DNA from: Endomicrobiales bacterium
Lineage (GTDB): Bacteria; Elusimicrobiota; Endomicrobiia; Endomicrobiales; CAWCFT01
DNA length: 64,000 nt
Assembly: GCA_963794945.1 (NCBI GenBank)
Contig: CAWCFT010000004.1
Span: forward strand, 96,001-160,000
Direction: 5' to 3'
This document shows positions 1-10,634 of the stretch, in pieces. Below the pieces are notes generated by a model. That model searched no databases. It worked only from the letters and a program-made list of their open reading frames with translations, and had not been told where the DNA came from. The translations under genes were made by a program, and so were the position numbers. Position 1 is the stretch's first letter. Each line of letters begins with the position of its first letter.

Positions 1-1
1 A

Positions 2-94
2 AGCAGTTTTGGCGGAAGCAGCAGTAGCCGGAGCAGCTTTGGCAGTAGTAGCAGCAGCGGACGTAGCGGCAGCAGCGGACGCCGCTGGAGATAA
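2..94 (+). CDS. C-terminal Gly/Ser/Arg-rich tail of a gene starting before the window (RRM RNA-binding protein or DEAD-box helicase type tail)
   Basis: Frame from nt 2 reads SSFGGSSSSRSSFGSSSSSGRSGSSGRRWR*, followed by a terminator-like hairpin. Confidence 0.6.
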   Translation, partial: SSFGGSSSSRSSFGSSSSSGRSGSSGRRWR

Positions 95-120
95 GACATT
101 TTTCAAACTATCACAAATAG

Positions 121-156
121 AAAACAGCTCAATCTTATAGATTGGACTGTTTTTTT
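121..156. terminator. Probable intrinsic terminator between convergent genes
   Basis: AAAACAG..CAATCT-TAT-AGATTG..CTGTTTTTTT imperfect hairpin with T tract. Confidence 0.6.
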
Positions 157-206
157 AATTTACTCGTATACTCGTGTCAATCAGAATTATTTATAGATAT
201 GCGAAC

Positions 207-1517
207 CTAAAAAGTTATACCGCAAGTCAGCTGAACATCATATTTTGCCTGGAAAAACGTATACTCACCGTTATCGGGGCCAAGAAAGTAATTTAACAGC
301 AAGCCGGCCGAAAAATCATAAATATTAGTATAGGTTACGCCGGTAGAAAGTATGCTGGTACTATCGTTAAAGTTCCTGATGTAATTGCAGTTAAAGGTCA
401 TGTCGGTTATAATAAACCTTGTTACAGTGACAAAAAGCGCACCATAATAACGCGACAGATAGTTAGGCGTATAGAGGCCGTTGTAGAGCATGAAATCCCT
501 TTGTGTGCCGGAAGTTACGGTGTTTATACCGCCCAATCCGTTCGGCACAGCGACCGGTGTTCCGAACTGGTAAACAGAAGTGTCTTTAAAGGGGGTATTT
601 TCATAGCCCAGCTGGTTGTAGAATAACTCCGAAGAGACGGTCAGCCTGTCGTTGAAATTGCCCAGCCTGAACCCCTTTGAGAAGTTAACACTTGTACGCG
701 GCGCCCAGTCATAGTTATCATAATATATGTCAAGTTTCCCCTGGTCTACCCTAACCCTGTTGAGGTTATCCCCCCTCGAAATACTGAACTCGCCCAAAAT
801 GTCCACGTCTCCCGCTCTTGATGATAGATCGTAGCCGAACATGGGATTGTAGCCTTTTTTTGCCCATCCCGAGAACGCCATTTCAGTTTTTCCCGTAAGG
901 AATTCATATTTGAGCGCGCCGCCAAGCGCATCGGATGAAGACGCGTTGCCGGTGTCAATAAACCCATATATATTCTGTTTTGTTCCGAAAGGTATATGGA
1001 ATTTAAGCCCGTATGCGCCTTCACGGTCGCCTATCTTTCTTATGAAAGGCAGCTTTTCGATGTTTATCAGGTCCGTGGGGTTCCACAGATAACAGCGGCC
1101 CCATTGGAGCACCTGCTTGCCGGTACGGAAATAGATATTACGGTCAAAGTTAAAGTCAAAAAATACTTCACGCACGTCATACGTTGTAGTCTTTGACTGA
1201 GCAAAATAGCTGGTCTCTATGTCAGCGTAGGCCTTGATGTCATTTTTCATACGGATGTCGATAAAAGTGTTACTGACTATGTAGGAGTTAAGCCCGTCAG
1301 ATGTGGAAGTGCTTACACCCACATCTTCCATTACACTTGTTATGCGCCCGGAAAAGGCTATGGATTTTTTTTCTTCTACCGGCTTTGTTATATTGGCCGG
1401 TTGGGTAACAACGCTGGTGCTGGAAAACATATCGCTTTCGTTGATCACATCAAATGAGAAACAAGAATAAACTGCGGCGATCAACGTGAAAATTGCCATG
1501 GCAAAACATCTGATCAT
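207..1517 (-). CDS. Secreted protein, probable outer-membrane beta-barrel linked to the ABC operon
   Basis: Signal peptide, GKQVLQWG...WNPTD motif, aromatic-rich alternating strands, C-terminal Phe. Confidence 0.65.
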   Translation of the reverse strand: MIRCFAMAIFTLIAAVYSCFSFDVINESDMFSSTSVVTQPANITKPVEEKKSIAFSGRITSVMEDVGVSTSTSDGLNSYIVSNTFIDIRMKNDIKAYADIETSYFAQSKTTTYDVREVFFDFNFDRNIYFRTGKQVLQWGRCYLWNPTDLINIEKLPFIRKIGDREGAYGLKFHIPFGTKQNIYGFIDTGNASSSDALGGALKYEFLTGKTEMAFSGWAKKGYNPMFGYDLSSRAGDVDILGEFSISRGDNLNRVRVDQGKLDIYYDNYDWAPRTSVNFSKGFRLGNFNDRLTVSSELFYNQLGYENTPFKDTSVYQFGTPVAVPNGLGGINTVTSGTQRDFMLYNGLYTPNYLSRYYGALFVTVTRFIITDMTFNCNYIRNFNDSTSILSTGVTYTNIYDFSAGLLLNYFLGPDNGEYTFFQAKYDVQLTCGITF

Positions 1518-1549
1518 TGGTTAATCCTTAACCGTTCCATTATTCTTAG

Positions 1550-2341
1550 CTATTTGCTGAGGTTCTCAAGGTACGCTTTCGTGAAAATGCTATCCTCAAG
1601 CCTGTTCGTTGAAATGTCGGAAATATCTACAACAGTTTTGTTTCCCTTCTCAAATTCATCAATAAATATCTGTTTAACCGGGACATATCTTCCGTCTATC
1701 ACCGTAAATTTAAGGAAGTACGCGGTCTGCATCAGGGTTCCTGAAAGTGAATATGATTCCTGCTTAAGCAGCAGGTTGTTGTCCCTGCGGGTCCACATAA
1801 TTTTTTTTGGATAGTCCACATCGTTGACCCTTGCATTTACTTCGAACTTGTACACCGGGACCTGACCGAGCATATCTTCCGATATCTTTTCGTTTTTCTG
1901 AGGGTCCAGCGCCGGGGCGTAAAGCTCGGTGAGTTTGCGCGTTTCAAAGTCGTCGCTGTGAGCGTCGGTGCCGCCTATGCTCTCGTCGCGGTTTATGTGC
2001 TGGAATGTCCGCGTGTTTATGCGGTACATCCAGAAGTTGTCGCCAACCCGCAGGTAACCATTGCCCTTTTCGTTCTCTGGAGCCGTCATTATTATAAGGA
2101 ACGAGTCGTCTGAATCCCTGCGGTAGTACTTCATCTCTATGACCTTTGTGCCCTGGTCCGGCTTCTGCTGCGTGAGCATGACGATCGCCTTAGCGTTTGT
2201 TTTTATCTTGTAATTGTAATCTATGCTTTGGAGGATAGGAACTATTCTGCTGTCGGCGTACGCCGAAAACGGCAGCGCCAGCATAAAACCTAGTATGATT
2301 ATATTTCTTTTCAATGCCTGCTCCTTTATTGTTGGTGACAA
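1550..2341 (-). CDS. Outer-membrane lipoprotein-sorting (LolA-like) protein
   Basis: Signal peptide; APENEKGNGYL..DNFWMY..GGTD..DF motif; ends SIFTKAYLE. Confidence 0.8.
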   Translation of the reverse strand: MSPTIKEQALKRNIIILGFMLALPFSAYADSRIVPILQSIDYNYKIKTNAKAIVMLTQQKPDQGTKVIEMKYYRRDSDDSFLIIMTAPENEKGNGYLRVGDNFWMYRINTRTFQHINRDESIGGTDAHSDDFETRKLTELYAPALDPQKNEKISEDMLGQVPVYKFEVNARVNDVDYPKKIMWTRRDNNLLLKQESYSLSGTLMQTAYFLKFTVIDGRYVPVKQIFIDEFEKGNKTVVDISDISTNRLEDSIFTKAYLENLSK

Positions 2342-2347
2342 GAATTA

Positions 2348-4111
2348 TTACTCAAAATGCCTCAAGGCTTTCGCCGGCGACAGGTTCGCTGCCCTTCTCG
2401 CCGGAAAATAGGCCGTTATCACGGCGATCGAAACTATCAAAATGATATTTCCCGTAACTCCCCAGAATGTCGGCAGGAAATACAAACGGCTGTTAACCAA
2501 CAGCATGCCCATCGGGTTGTCCGACATATTGAACGTTATTCTTGAAAGAAGCCACATGCCGCCGAAGGCAAGCACCGTGCCGGCTATCGACGCAAAGAGA
2601 GTAAGGAAAAACGTCTCGAGAATAAAGGTGTTCCTGACATCGTTTTTCTGCATGCCTATGGCGCGCGTCGTGCCGATCTCGCGGGTGCGCTCGCGGATGG
2701 TCATGCGCAAGGTGTTTACGACACCTAGCAGTATTATAAAGAACAATACCATTACAGCGGAGAGGGTAATGAGTTTGAGGACGCCCTCGAGCTTGAGGAT
2801 ATCGCTCGCGGTCTCGTACATGGTAGACACATCCACAACAGTGCCCTTCCATCTGGTCTTGCCGAGCTCCCTATATTTTTTTACCGCCTCGTCAGTGTCG
2901 TAAGTCCTCTTTAGAAGGATCCACTCTGGCGTGAGAAGCGAATACCACGGGTCGTCTTTCTTCGGGATAAAGGCCCGCGTGTCCGGGCCGTACGTTTCGG
3001 GTAGGTTCTGGTAGTAATAATCATAAAACTTTTCATCGTTGACGAGTATAACGTTGCCGGCAAGCCCGTTCGCGCTCTTGCAAACCGCGCTGACACTGAG
3101 GTTCTGCTCGGAATCGGTTTTCTCGAACTTTCTCTTATAGCTTATTGTTATGTTCTCTCCCGGCGAAACATCGAGCGCACGGGCAAGAGGCTGTGTTATT
3201 ATCACGCCGTCTTTTAGCATGGCTTTGTCCAGGCGGCCGCTCTCGATCTTGAGCATACCGGAAAGCTTCTTTTTTGATTCGTCGTCGCTGCGATAGCCGA
3301 GCAAGGTAGCTTCTGCGAGCCTGCCGCCGTGCTTGGCAACTCCATAGATTACCGCGAGCCCCGGTTCGAGGCGCGCGTGAATGTCGTCCGCGATCTTCCT
3401 CGCGTTCTTCTGCGGGTCTTTTATAACAAGATGAATGCTCGCGCTCTCGTAAGGCCTGTAGCCCAGCACTTCCTTTGCCCTGGCGAGTTCGAGGAAAGTT
3501 ACGGGCTGCATGAACACATTGTCGTTCTTCATTATGCCGACCACGGTGAGCCGCTCGGCTTGGTCCTGGCCGAACATGTTGCGGAAACGCAGGCGGATTA
3601 TGTCATTTTTCTTGACGTTTAAGTAGCGAGCCTTCTCTTCAGAGATTATGACCGGGTTTTCAATGGACATGTCCTCAAGGTCTTTCCAGCTGCCTACGAT
3701 AAGCCTGAAGGATTCTTTGAGAGCTTTCAGGTCCTCCTTGCTCACATTCTTGGTAGTGTTCGCACCTACAAGTATTATGTTGTTCGACCTTCCGTTGCCG
3801 ATGGCTCGGCAGAACATTCCCACAGCCTCGTCAGCCTGAAGAACGTTTGGTTCGCCCTTTATGGCCGCCATGATGCGGTCCTTGTCGCGGAATATCTCCC
3901 TTGTCACCCTGCCTTTCTCATTAAAACGTATGGTGACCTGGCCGGTCGCCCAGCGCAGGACCTTATTGAACATGTTGTCGGAAATTCCGTGCGAGAATGA
4001 ATCGGCTATTATCAGTATGACGACTCCCAGAGCTATAGCCGCGCCAAGGAGAATGTTCCTGCGCTTTTGCCGAAGAAGGTTCCTTAAACTGAGCATTATT
4101 AGTAGATTCAT
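2348..4111 (-). CDS. FtsX/LolE-like ABC permease with enlarged periplasmic region
   Basis: SLRNLLRQKRR start, ERTREIGTTRAIG, PARRAANLSPAKAL. Confidence 0.9.
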   Translation of the reverse strand: MNLLIMLSLRNLLRQKRRNILLGAAIALGVVILIIADSFSHGISDNMFNKVLRWATGQVTIRFNEKGRVTREIFRDKDRIMAAIKGEPNVLQADEAVGMFCRAIGNGRSNNIILVGANTTKNVSKEDLKALKESFRLIVGSWKDLEDMSIENPVIISEEKARYLNVKKNDIIRLRFRNMFGQDQAERLTVVGIMKNDNVFMQPVTFLELARAKEVLGYRPYESASIHLVIKDPQKNARKIADDIHARLEPGLAVIYGVAKHGGRLAEATLLGYRSDDESKKKLSGMLKIESGRLDKAMLKDGVIITQPLARALDVSPGENITISYKRKFEKTDSEQNLSVSAVCKSANGLAGNVILVNDEKFYDYYYQNLPETYGPDTRAFIPKKDDPWYSLLTPEWILLKRTYDTDEAVKKYRELGKTRWKGTVVDVSTMYETASDILKLEGVLKLITLSAVMVLFFIILLGVVNTLRMTIRERTREIGTTRAIGMQKNDVRNTFILETFFLTLFASIAGTVLAFGGMWLLSRITFNMSDNPMGMLLVNSRLYFLPTFWGVTGNIILIVSIAVITAYFPARRAANLSPAKALRHFE

Positions 4112-4128
4112 ATTAGTTATAGACCATT

Positions 4129-4211
4129 AAAGATTTAAGATTTCAAAATTAAATATTCTTTGTTTATAGGCAGTTCAATTTTACAATTTTTAATCTTCTA
4201 ATTTTGAATTT
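4129..4211. repeat. Periodic palindromic intergenic element, AAGATTT/AAATCTT class
   Basis: AAAGATTT AAGATTT CAAAATT ... CAATTTTA CAATTTTT AATCTTCT AATTTTGA. Confidence 0.65.
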
Positions 4212-4215
4212 CGTT

Positions 4216-5749
4216 TCAGTCCCTCTGTATGGCATCCAAAGGCGTTATATTCCTCGCGACAATGACCGGATAGAAGGCCGCGACAATAGTCACGAATATG
4301 AGCTGGACTATCGTGAGCGCGATGTCCGGCAGCATCAGAACCGGGTGAAAAACATCTCCGCCGTACAGAAGCTGCACCATATCATTGGTTGTGGTTATCT
4401 TAAAAAGAGGGATCAGTTTCACTATTAGTATACCCGTGATTATACCGGCTCCTCCGAAAACAGCGGAAAGCACGGCTGTCTCTCCAAAGAACATGCCCCC
4501 GATAAAAGATTTCCTCGCCCCGACAGCCCTCATCATGCCTATCTCTGAAGTCCGTTCTAGAGCCGCCATGGTGAGCGTGTTTACTATTATTATTATCGCC
4601 ACGCAGAAGAGCAGCGTGACGAACATGAAAAGAGCTCCCTTTATAAGAAGCGTCATTGAGCCTATAGGCCCGGCGGCCTTGTTCCAGGAAACGGCTCTCA
4701 CGCCTGTATTCAGCCGCGGTTAAAGCCTTGTTGAGCATGCCGAGAGCATACGAGTAAGAAACACCGTTCTTTAGTTTGATGAACACAAGATTATAGACGC
4801 CGTCTTCTATGCCCAAATCTTTGGTTTGTCCGGACTGCGGCTTCTGCTTCAGCTCAACAGCTTTGTTGTGCGCGTTCGGGACGATTATCTGTTCAGAGCC
4901 GAACATAGAATCTATGTCGCCCGAACCCATGTTGAGTAGTTTCTGCTCCTCTTTAGGCACTTCCACCGCCTGGTCTCCCGCTGAAAAATATCCAAGGCAA
5001 TTGCGGTAGGATTCGATATCGGTTACGCAGAAATGCCCGAATATCGAATTAAGCGCGTTGTATTTGACAATTCCTTTCACTCCGAACCTGATGTCCGTAG
5101 ATGTGTTGGAACCGCTGGAGAGGCCCATCATAACTATGCTTGTGGAAACTACAAGGCTCTGCATGTTCTCAGATGCCTCTTTTGTCAGGTTCTCTTTGAC
5201 GATCTTTCCGCCTTCCGGAATAACCCAAATGTCCATTGCCGTGTATATGTGCTCGTTGCGGATGTGAGTCGGGACGAGTATGCTGTTCTTTTCAGCCGGG
5301 TTTAACAGGCGGCCTTCAATGGGTTTCATATTGTCCGGGAACATTTTCTGGTACTGGTTAAAATCAACGCCCATCAGGTAAGCGAAGCTGGGCGAATTCT
5401 CGTCTTCTTTAAGTATCATGACAGTGTTCTCGCCCGCCGGCAGAAAACGATCTATATAGCCCTGTGATTTCAGGACTTCTTTTATTTCCTTGTATGTGGT
5501 CACGGGTTCGATGGAGGTCCCCATCATATTGAAGAAAATATTGTCGGACTTCTGTTTGTCCGATATCAACACAATATCGCCCATGAACGTGTTAACCACG
5601 TTCTTGCGGATACCGGCGTCCATGCCCGTGATGACACCGTTGCCAAGCGTCATGAGCAGGGCGCCTATAAAAAGTATGACGCCTATAACAAGGCTCTTTC
5701 CTTTGTGGCGCAATATGTTGCGCCAGGCTATCTTAAGCAGAAGATTCAT
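4216..5749 (-). CDS. FtsX/LolE-like ABC permease (one frame break near 4710)
   Basis: ORF 4400-5749 (IAWRNILRHKGK) joins ORF 4216-4701 (ERTSEIGMMRAVGA). Confidence 0.85.
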
Positions 5750-5770
5750 TATTTTTCCTGATGGTTTAGC

Positions 5771-6463
5771 TTATTGGACTGACGCAGCCGGCTGCTCTAT
5801 CAGTCCGTCCTTTATTTTCGTAATATTGTTAGCATACTTCAACACGTTAGCGTCATGGGTGGAAAATATAAAGGTAGTTTTTTCTATCTTGTTCATTTCT
5901 TTCATGAGCTCGAGTATCTGGCCCCCGGTAACTGAATCGAGGTTCGCCGTTGGCTCGTCCGCGAGAACGATATCCGGGTTGGTAACGAGAGCTCTGGCTA
6001 TGGCAACGCGCTGGCGCTGGCCTCCCGAAAGCTCGGCTGGGCGGTGCTTTGCGAATTCCTTAAGCCCCACTTCATCTATCAGCTTATCGGCTCGGCCGCG
6101 TATCTCCTTGGCAGAATGTTTCTTCATAAGAAGCAGCGGGAACTCAATGTTCTCAATAACGTCCAGAACAGGGATAAGGTTAAATGTCTGAAAAATGAAC
6201 CCGATCTTGTTAAGCCTGATATCCGTGATCTCTCTGTCGTTTAATGAAGTTATCTCTCTCCCACCAACCTGAACGCTTCCCCTTGTAGCGAAGTCTATGC
6301 ATCCGATAACATTCAAAAGGGTTGTTTTGCCACTGCCGGATGGCCCCACGATGCTCATGAAATCGCCTTCTTTAACTTTCAGGTCAACCCCGCGCAGGGC
6401 GTGCACAACAGTATTTCCCAGCGGGTACTCCTTGTACAGCTGCTTGATCTCAATAATATTCAC
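5771..6463 (-). CDS. ABC ATP-binding protein, LolD/MacB-like
   Basis: Walker A GPSGSGKT, LSGGQRQRVAIARAL, LADEPT, STHD. Confidence 0.95.
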   Translation of the reverse strand: MNIIEIKQLYKEYPLGNTVVHALRGVDLKVKEGDFMSIVGPSGSGKTTLLNVIGCIDFATRGSVQVGGREITSLNDREITDIRLNKIGFIFQTFNLIPVLDVIENIEFPLLLMKKHSAKEIRGRADKLIDEVGLKEFAKHRPAELSGGQRQRVAIARALVTNPDIVLADEPTANLDSVTGGQILELMKEMNKIEKTTFIFSTHDANVLKYANNITKIKDGLIEQPAASVQ

Positions 6464-6505
6464 ACTCTTGCTCCTATTCCTACTTGAACACCTGAAATAT
6501 GGTTA

Positions 6506-6534
6506 ATCTTACCATTTTAATATATGTATTTCAA
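6506..6534 (-). promoter_or_regulatory. Sigma70-type promoter for the ABC operon
   Basis: Minus strand TTGAAA-17 nt-TAAGAT with TG extension. Confidence 0.55.
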
Positions 6535-6568
6535 TTGAGCCTGAGAAAACCAAAAGCCATGTGAATTC

Positions 6569-6597
6569 TTGAAATCGCAATATAGATTAAGTATAAT
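6569..6597 (+). promoter_or_regulatory. Sigma70-type promoter
   Basis: TTGAAA-17 nt-TATAAT, then GGGGAGG RBS before ATG 6632. Confidence 0.7.
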
Positions 6598-6631
6598 TAC
6601 TGGCCGTTATATCTTAAAAGGGGAGGATTAC

Positions 6632-7058
6632 ATGAAAAAGTTAGCAGCCATTGTCACAGTTCTTATCGCAGTATCCGCAGCAGCTTTTGCAGCAGAACGC
6701 CACTCCAGTCAAGCTGTCATTGTTCCCAAAGATCGCCGTACCGGAATCGCAAACTGTCCACGGCCTTGACCTCGGGATCATCGCAACAAAGGTTGACGAA
6801 GTGCAGGGTGTACAGCTCGCCTGGATATACTGCGGAACAAGGAATAAGTTTGTAGGTTTTCAAAGTGCGTTCATAGCCATAGACAAAGATGCAACCGGTC
6901 TTACATACGGCTTCGTGAACGAAGCTGAGAGCTTCACCGGAGTCCAGCTCGGCTTTGTCAATATAGCTGATAAAATGAAGGGTGTTCAGCTTGGCCTTGT
7001 GAATATAATCAAAACAGGCCCTGTACCTGCGATGGTCTTCATAAACGCTAACTTCTAA
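6632..7058 (+). CDS. Secreted GVQLG-repeat (LA_2272-like) protein (frame break near 6700)
   Basis: Signal peptide MKKLAAIVTVLIAVSAAAFA joins a frame with repeated GVQLGxVN and C-terminal NANF. Confidence 0.75.
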
Positions 7059-7070
7059 ATACTAAAACTT

Positions 7071-7114
7071 AAATAAAAAAGCCCCCGGTATTCTTACCGT
7101 GGGCTTTCTTATTT
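7071..7114. terminator. Bidirectional intrinsic terminator
   Basis: AAATAAAAAAGCCCCCGGTA-TTCT-TACCGTGGGCTTTCTTATTT between convergent genes. Confidence 0.8.
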
Positions 7115-7147
7115 GTATTTACATGCTTTTGCTCAGCAATGCAGCGG

Positions 7148-7357
7148 CTAATGACAAGACGAGCAGTTCTTTCCAGGCCCGCAGGACGAACATGAGTGCC
7201 CGCTTGACGGCCCGCCGGCTCCCGGGGAGGCGAACGTTGAAAACAGCCTTCGCAGGTCGCTGCCGCCACATCCTTTACAAACTGGCTTATCACCTGACAT
7301 TATAAGAAGCTCTATCTTCTTTTTACACTGGTTGCAATAAAACTCATATATCGGCAT
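7148..7357 (-). CDS. FmdB-family zinc-ribbon protein
   Basis: MPIYEFYCxxC...CxxCG and Cys-rich tail. Confidence 0.9.
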   Translation of the reverse strand: MPIYEFYCNQCKKKIELLIMSGDKPVCKGCGGSDLRRLFSTFASPGAGGPSSGHSCSSCGPGKNCSSCH

Positions 7358-7393
7358 AACACACCAAACAAATATGAGAAATAACTTAATAAT

Positions 7394-9130
7394 TTATTTC
7401 TCTGTATTGTCCTTGTATTCGTCTATCTCCAGCACTTCGCCAAGTGTCGGACGGTCCTTGTTCCCGGCGTATTTTTTCACAAGCTCTTTTTCACGGTCGT
7501 GGTCGAGTTTCTTTATCGAGATATCGATCTTTCTTTCAGCAGGATCGCTCTTTATAACCTTTGCTTCTACGCTCTGTCCAACCTTAAGCGCTTCCGATGC
7601 TGACTCGATTTTTTTCTGCGCAATCTCCGAAATCCTGACCAGCGCCTCTATGCCGGGTTCAAGTTCAACGAATGCACCGAACTCGACTATTCTTTTAACT
7701 ATCCCGGTAACCGTTGACCCGGCCTTGTATTTTTTAAATGGGTCTTCTGTTACATGTTTTAACGAAAGTGATATTTTTTCGTTTGCCGGGTTTATCTCCA
7801 TCACAACGCACTCAATCTCTTCGCCTATTTTCATGAAATCTTTCGGATGGTTGACCTTGCGCGTCCAAGACATGTCGGCCAAGTGTATCAGGCCTTCGAT
7901 GCCTTCCGGAAGTTTCACGAAGGCTCCGAACGGAGCAAAACTCGAAACCACGCATTTGACCTTTGTCCCGGCCGGGTATTTTTTGCTGGCTTCTTCCCAT
8001 GGGTTCGACTGCATCCGTTTCAGTGAAAGCGACAGCTTTTCCTTTTCCGGGTCAAGCGCGATCACCTTGGGCTCTATCTCCTGGCCCACAACAAACTTCT
8101 TCTTTAAATCTTCCTTCTTTTCATCCCAGGATATCTCGGAGGTATGCATAAGCCCCTCGATGCCTGGCTCAAGTTCAACGAAAACTCCGAAACTCGTTAC
8201 CGAAGTCACCTTTCCCTTGACTATTGTGCCAACGGGGTACTTCTGCACGGTCTTGTTCCACGGTCGTTCCGAAAGCTGTTTCATTCCCAGCGATATTTTG
8301 TTAGTTACGCGGTCTATCTTAAGTATCTGGACCTGAACCTTCTGCCCGGTCTTAACAGCGTCGTCGACTTTCTTTATGTGGTGCCAGCTGATATCTCCGA
8401 TGTGCAGGAGCCCATCTATACCGCCAAGGTCAACGAAAGCACCAAACCCTGTAACACCAGTTACCGTCCCTTCTACGACCTCTCCTTCCTTTATGCTCGA
8501 GAGCACTCTTTCCTTTTTCGTCTTCTGTTCGGCCTCAAGCAGCTTACGCCTCGATAGAACGATGTTCCTCTTTTCCGGGTTCATTTCCATGATCGCAAAC
8601 ATGAATTTCTTGCCTATATATTTATCTGTGTTCTTAGCAAAATGTGTGTCGACTTGCGAAGCCGGAAGGAAAGCGTCCATTCCTATGTCAACAGAAAAAC
8701 CGCCCTTGTTCTTCCTCCTTATTATTCCTTCGATTGGCTGGTTCGTTTTCGCGGCATTGTTTATCTTTTCCCAGGCGTCTTTTTCCCTCGCTCTTTTCCA
8801 GGATACCGGCAGGTGGCCGTCTTCGGAACGCGTGTTAGTTACTATTACGGGTATCAAGCTCTCAGGAACGATCTCGGCGAGCGCTTCCGGGTTGTTCTCG
8901 AACTCCTGTTTCGGCACTAGGCCGTCAGATTTGATACCTAGGTCTACCACTACCCCGTCTTCAGTGACCGCGACCACTCTCGCCATTATCACTTTACCTT
9001 CTTCAAGCTTAACTTCTGGCCCGAGAAGCTGTTCCATATTCATGCCTTCTTCGCCGCCATTCTCTGCACCCGGTTTATCCGCAGAGGATTCCGTGGCGGA
9101 AATATTTTGAACGTTTTTTGAGTCTTCCAT
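7394..9130 (-). CDS. rpsA: 30S ribosomal protein S1
   Basis: Six S1 repeats (FGAFVDLGGIDGLLH, EGLxHxSEISW). Confidence 0.97.
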   Translation of the reverse strand: MEDSKNVQNISATESSADKPGAENGGEEGMNMEQLLGPEVKLEEGKVIMARVVAVTEDGVVVDLGIKSDGLVPKQEFENNPEALAEIVPESLIPVIVTNTRSEDGHLPVSWKRAREKDAWEKINNAAKTNQPIEGIIRRKNKGGFSVDIGMDAFLPASQVDTHFAKNTDKYIGKKFMFAIMEMNPEKRNIVLSRRKLLEAEQKTKKERVLSSIKEGEVVEGTVTGVTGFGAFVDLGGIDGLLHIGDISWHHIKKVDDAVKTGQKVQVQILKIDRVTNKISLGMKQLSERPWNKTVQKYPVGTIVKGKVTSVTSFGVFVELEPGIEGLMHTSEISWDEKKEDLKKKFVVGQEIEPKVIALDPEKEKLSLSLKRMQSNPWEEASKKYPAGTKVKCVVSSFAPFGAFVKLPEGIEGLIHLADMSWTRKVNHPKDFMKIGEEIECVVMEINPANEKISLSLKHVTEDPFKKYKAGSTVTGIVKRIVEFGAFVELEPGIEALVRISEIAQKKIESASEALKVGQSVEAKVIKSDPAERKIDISIKKLDHDREKELVKKYAGNKDRPTLGEVLEIDEYKDNTEK

Positions 9131-9171
9131 TGCACTCTCCTTTTATTGTTTGACGACCGGAAAAAGACATT

Positions 9172-10041
9172 TCAGGCGTTCCGCATCTTGTTACTTTTGC
9201 CGGTTTTAAGCTCCGTGCTGTCAGCGATCTTTTTTGTGACTTCCTTTACGATCCAGTCCGGCGTTGAAGCGCCGGCGGTTATTCCGGCTGTTCCCTTTTC
9301 TTTAAACCAGCTCTTTTTAAGCTGGCCCGCTGTCTCGATGAGATATGTTTTGGTGTAACGCCTGCATATCTGGTAAAGCCTCCGTGTGTTTCCGGAGTTT
9401 TTTCCTCCCACGACTATCATAACATCAACTTCTTTTGCCAGCCTGCTAGCCTCCGACTGCCTATCTATTGTCGCGCGGCATATAGTATCGTACGCTTTGA
9501 CCTTTACGCCGCAATGTTTAAGCTCTGCCACGATGCCCTTGAAATTCTCGCGTGCCTGGGTGGTCTGGCTAAGGACCGACACTTCATCGGCCAGCTTGAG
9601 TTTTTTGAGGTCTTTTTTATTCTCAACAACTGCGCACTTGCCTTTTCCGTACGAAACAAGAGCAACCACTTCCGGATGAGTCCTCTCTCCAACTATTATT
9701 ATCTGGCGCGCCGTGCCAGCGAGCTCTTTAACTATCTTCTGTGCGCGCTTGACGAAAGGACATGCCGCATCTACCAGGGTCAGGTCCTTCCGCTCCAGGT
9801 CCTTTCTCAGGCCGGAAGGAATGCCGTGTGTGCGCAGAATCAAAGTTACGCCTTTGAGCTTGCCTGGGCTTTTTACAGGTTTTATACCTTTTCGCTCCAG
9901 TCTTTTAACTTCCTGCGGATTGTGTATCAGCGGGCCGAGCGTATATATCTTTTTGTTCGCTTTAAGCGTTTTGTCGGCCAGGTCAATGGCGCGCCTTACT
10001 CCAAAACAGAACCCCGCTGTCCTCGCGATCTTAATTTTCAT
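9172..10041 (-). CDS. ispH: 4-hydroxy-3-methylbut-2-enyl diphosphate reductase
   Basis: AGFCFGV, IHN, CPFV, HPEV, SQTT, TICRAT, TAGASTP. Confidence 0.97.
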   Translation of the reverse strand: MKIKIARTAGFCFGVRRAIDLADKTLKANKKIYTLGPLIHNPQEVKRLERKGIKPVKSPGKLKGVTLILRTHGIPSGLRKDLERKDLTLVDAACPFVKRAQKIVKELAGTARQIIIVGERTHPEVVALVSYGKGKCAVVENKKDLKKLKLADEVSVLSQTTQARENFKGIVAELKHCGVKVKAYDTICRATIDRQSEASRLAKEVDVMIVVGGKNSGNTRRLYQICRRYTKTYLIETAGQLKKSWFKEKGTAGITAGASTPDWIVKEVTKKIADSTELKTGKSNKMRNA

Positions 10042-10051
10042 TTATCGGCTC

Positions 10052-10634
10052 TTACTGCAGCTTTTTTATCTCTTCAAGAACAAGCTCAGAGAACTTGCCG
10101 TATGTGTCCCTTGTATAATCTTTTGGAGGCATCACCGGCTTTCCGAATATAACCTTAAGCGCTTTGAATGAACCGAGCTTGCTAGAATTGACCAGTCTAA
10201 CCGGCACAACAGGCGCCTGCGATATACAGGCTATCATGCCGAGGCCAGGCCTTGCTTTTCCAAACCCGCCGTCTTTCGAACGGGTTCCTTCAGGGAATAT
10301 CAGGAGCGGCTCGCCGCTATCAAGGAGCTTGAAAACCTTCCTGAAAGCCGTTATATCCTGTTTCCCCCTGTTTATAGGGAATGCGTTGGTCCTCTTTATA
10401 AGAAAACCGAGCACCGGCATATCAAAAAGCTCCTTTTTGGCCAAAAAATGGAGCAGGCCTGCGCATAGCAGCACCAGTAAGCGGGGGATCAACGTAACTG
10501 GTGTGATTAGGTGCGATGATGACTCCGCCTGAGGACGGTATATTTTCGTGGCCCTCTATCTTCAAACGCCAAAACAATTTAAAGAACACAGAGAAAAGGA
10601 AACGCCCAAAGTAAAAGAGGAGGCTTGTTTTCAC
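10052..10634 (-). CDS. plsC: 1-acyl-sn-glycerol-3-phosphate acyltransferase (frame break near 10460; N-terminus in frame with cmk)
   Basis: NHTSYVD at the end of the cmk ORF; FLAKKELF and IFPEGTRS in ORF 10052-10492. Confidence 0.85.

Noticed and set aside
7374..9110. Long plus-strand ORFs opposite rpsA (also 11469-12470, 41011-42165, 59223-60119)
   Set aside because: These are antisense shadows of well-supported genes and carry no motifs.
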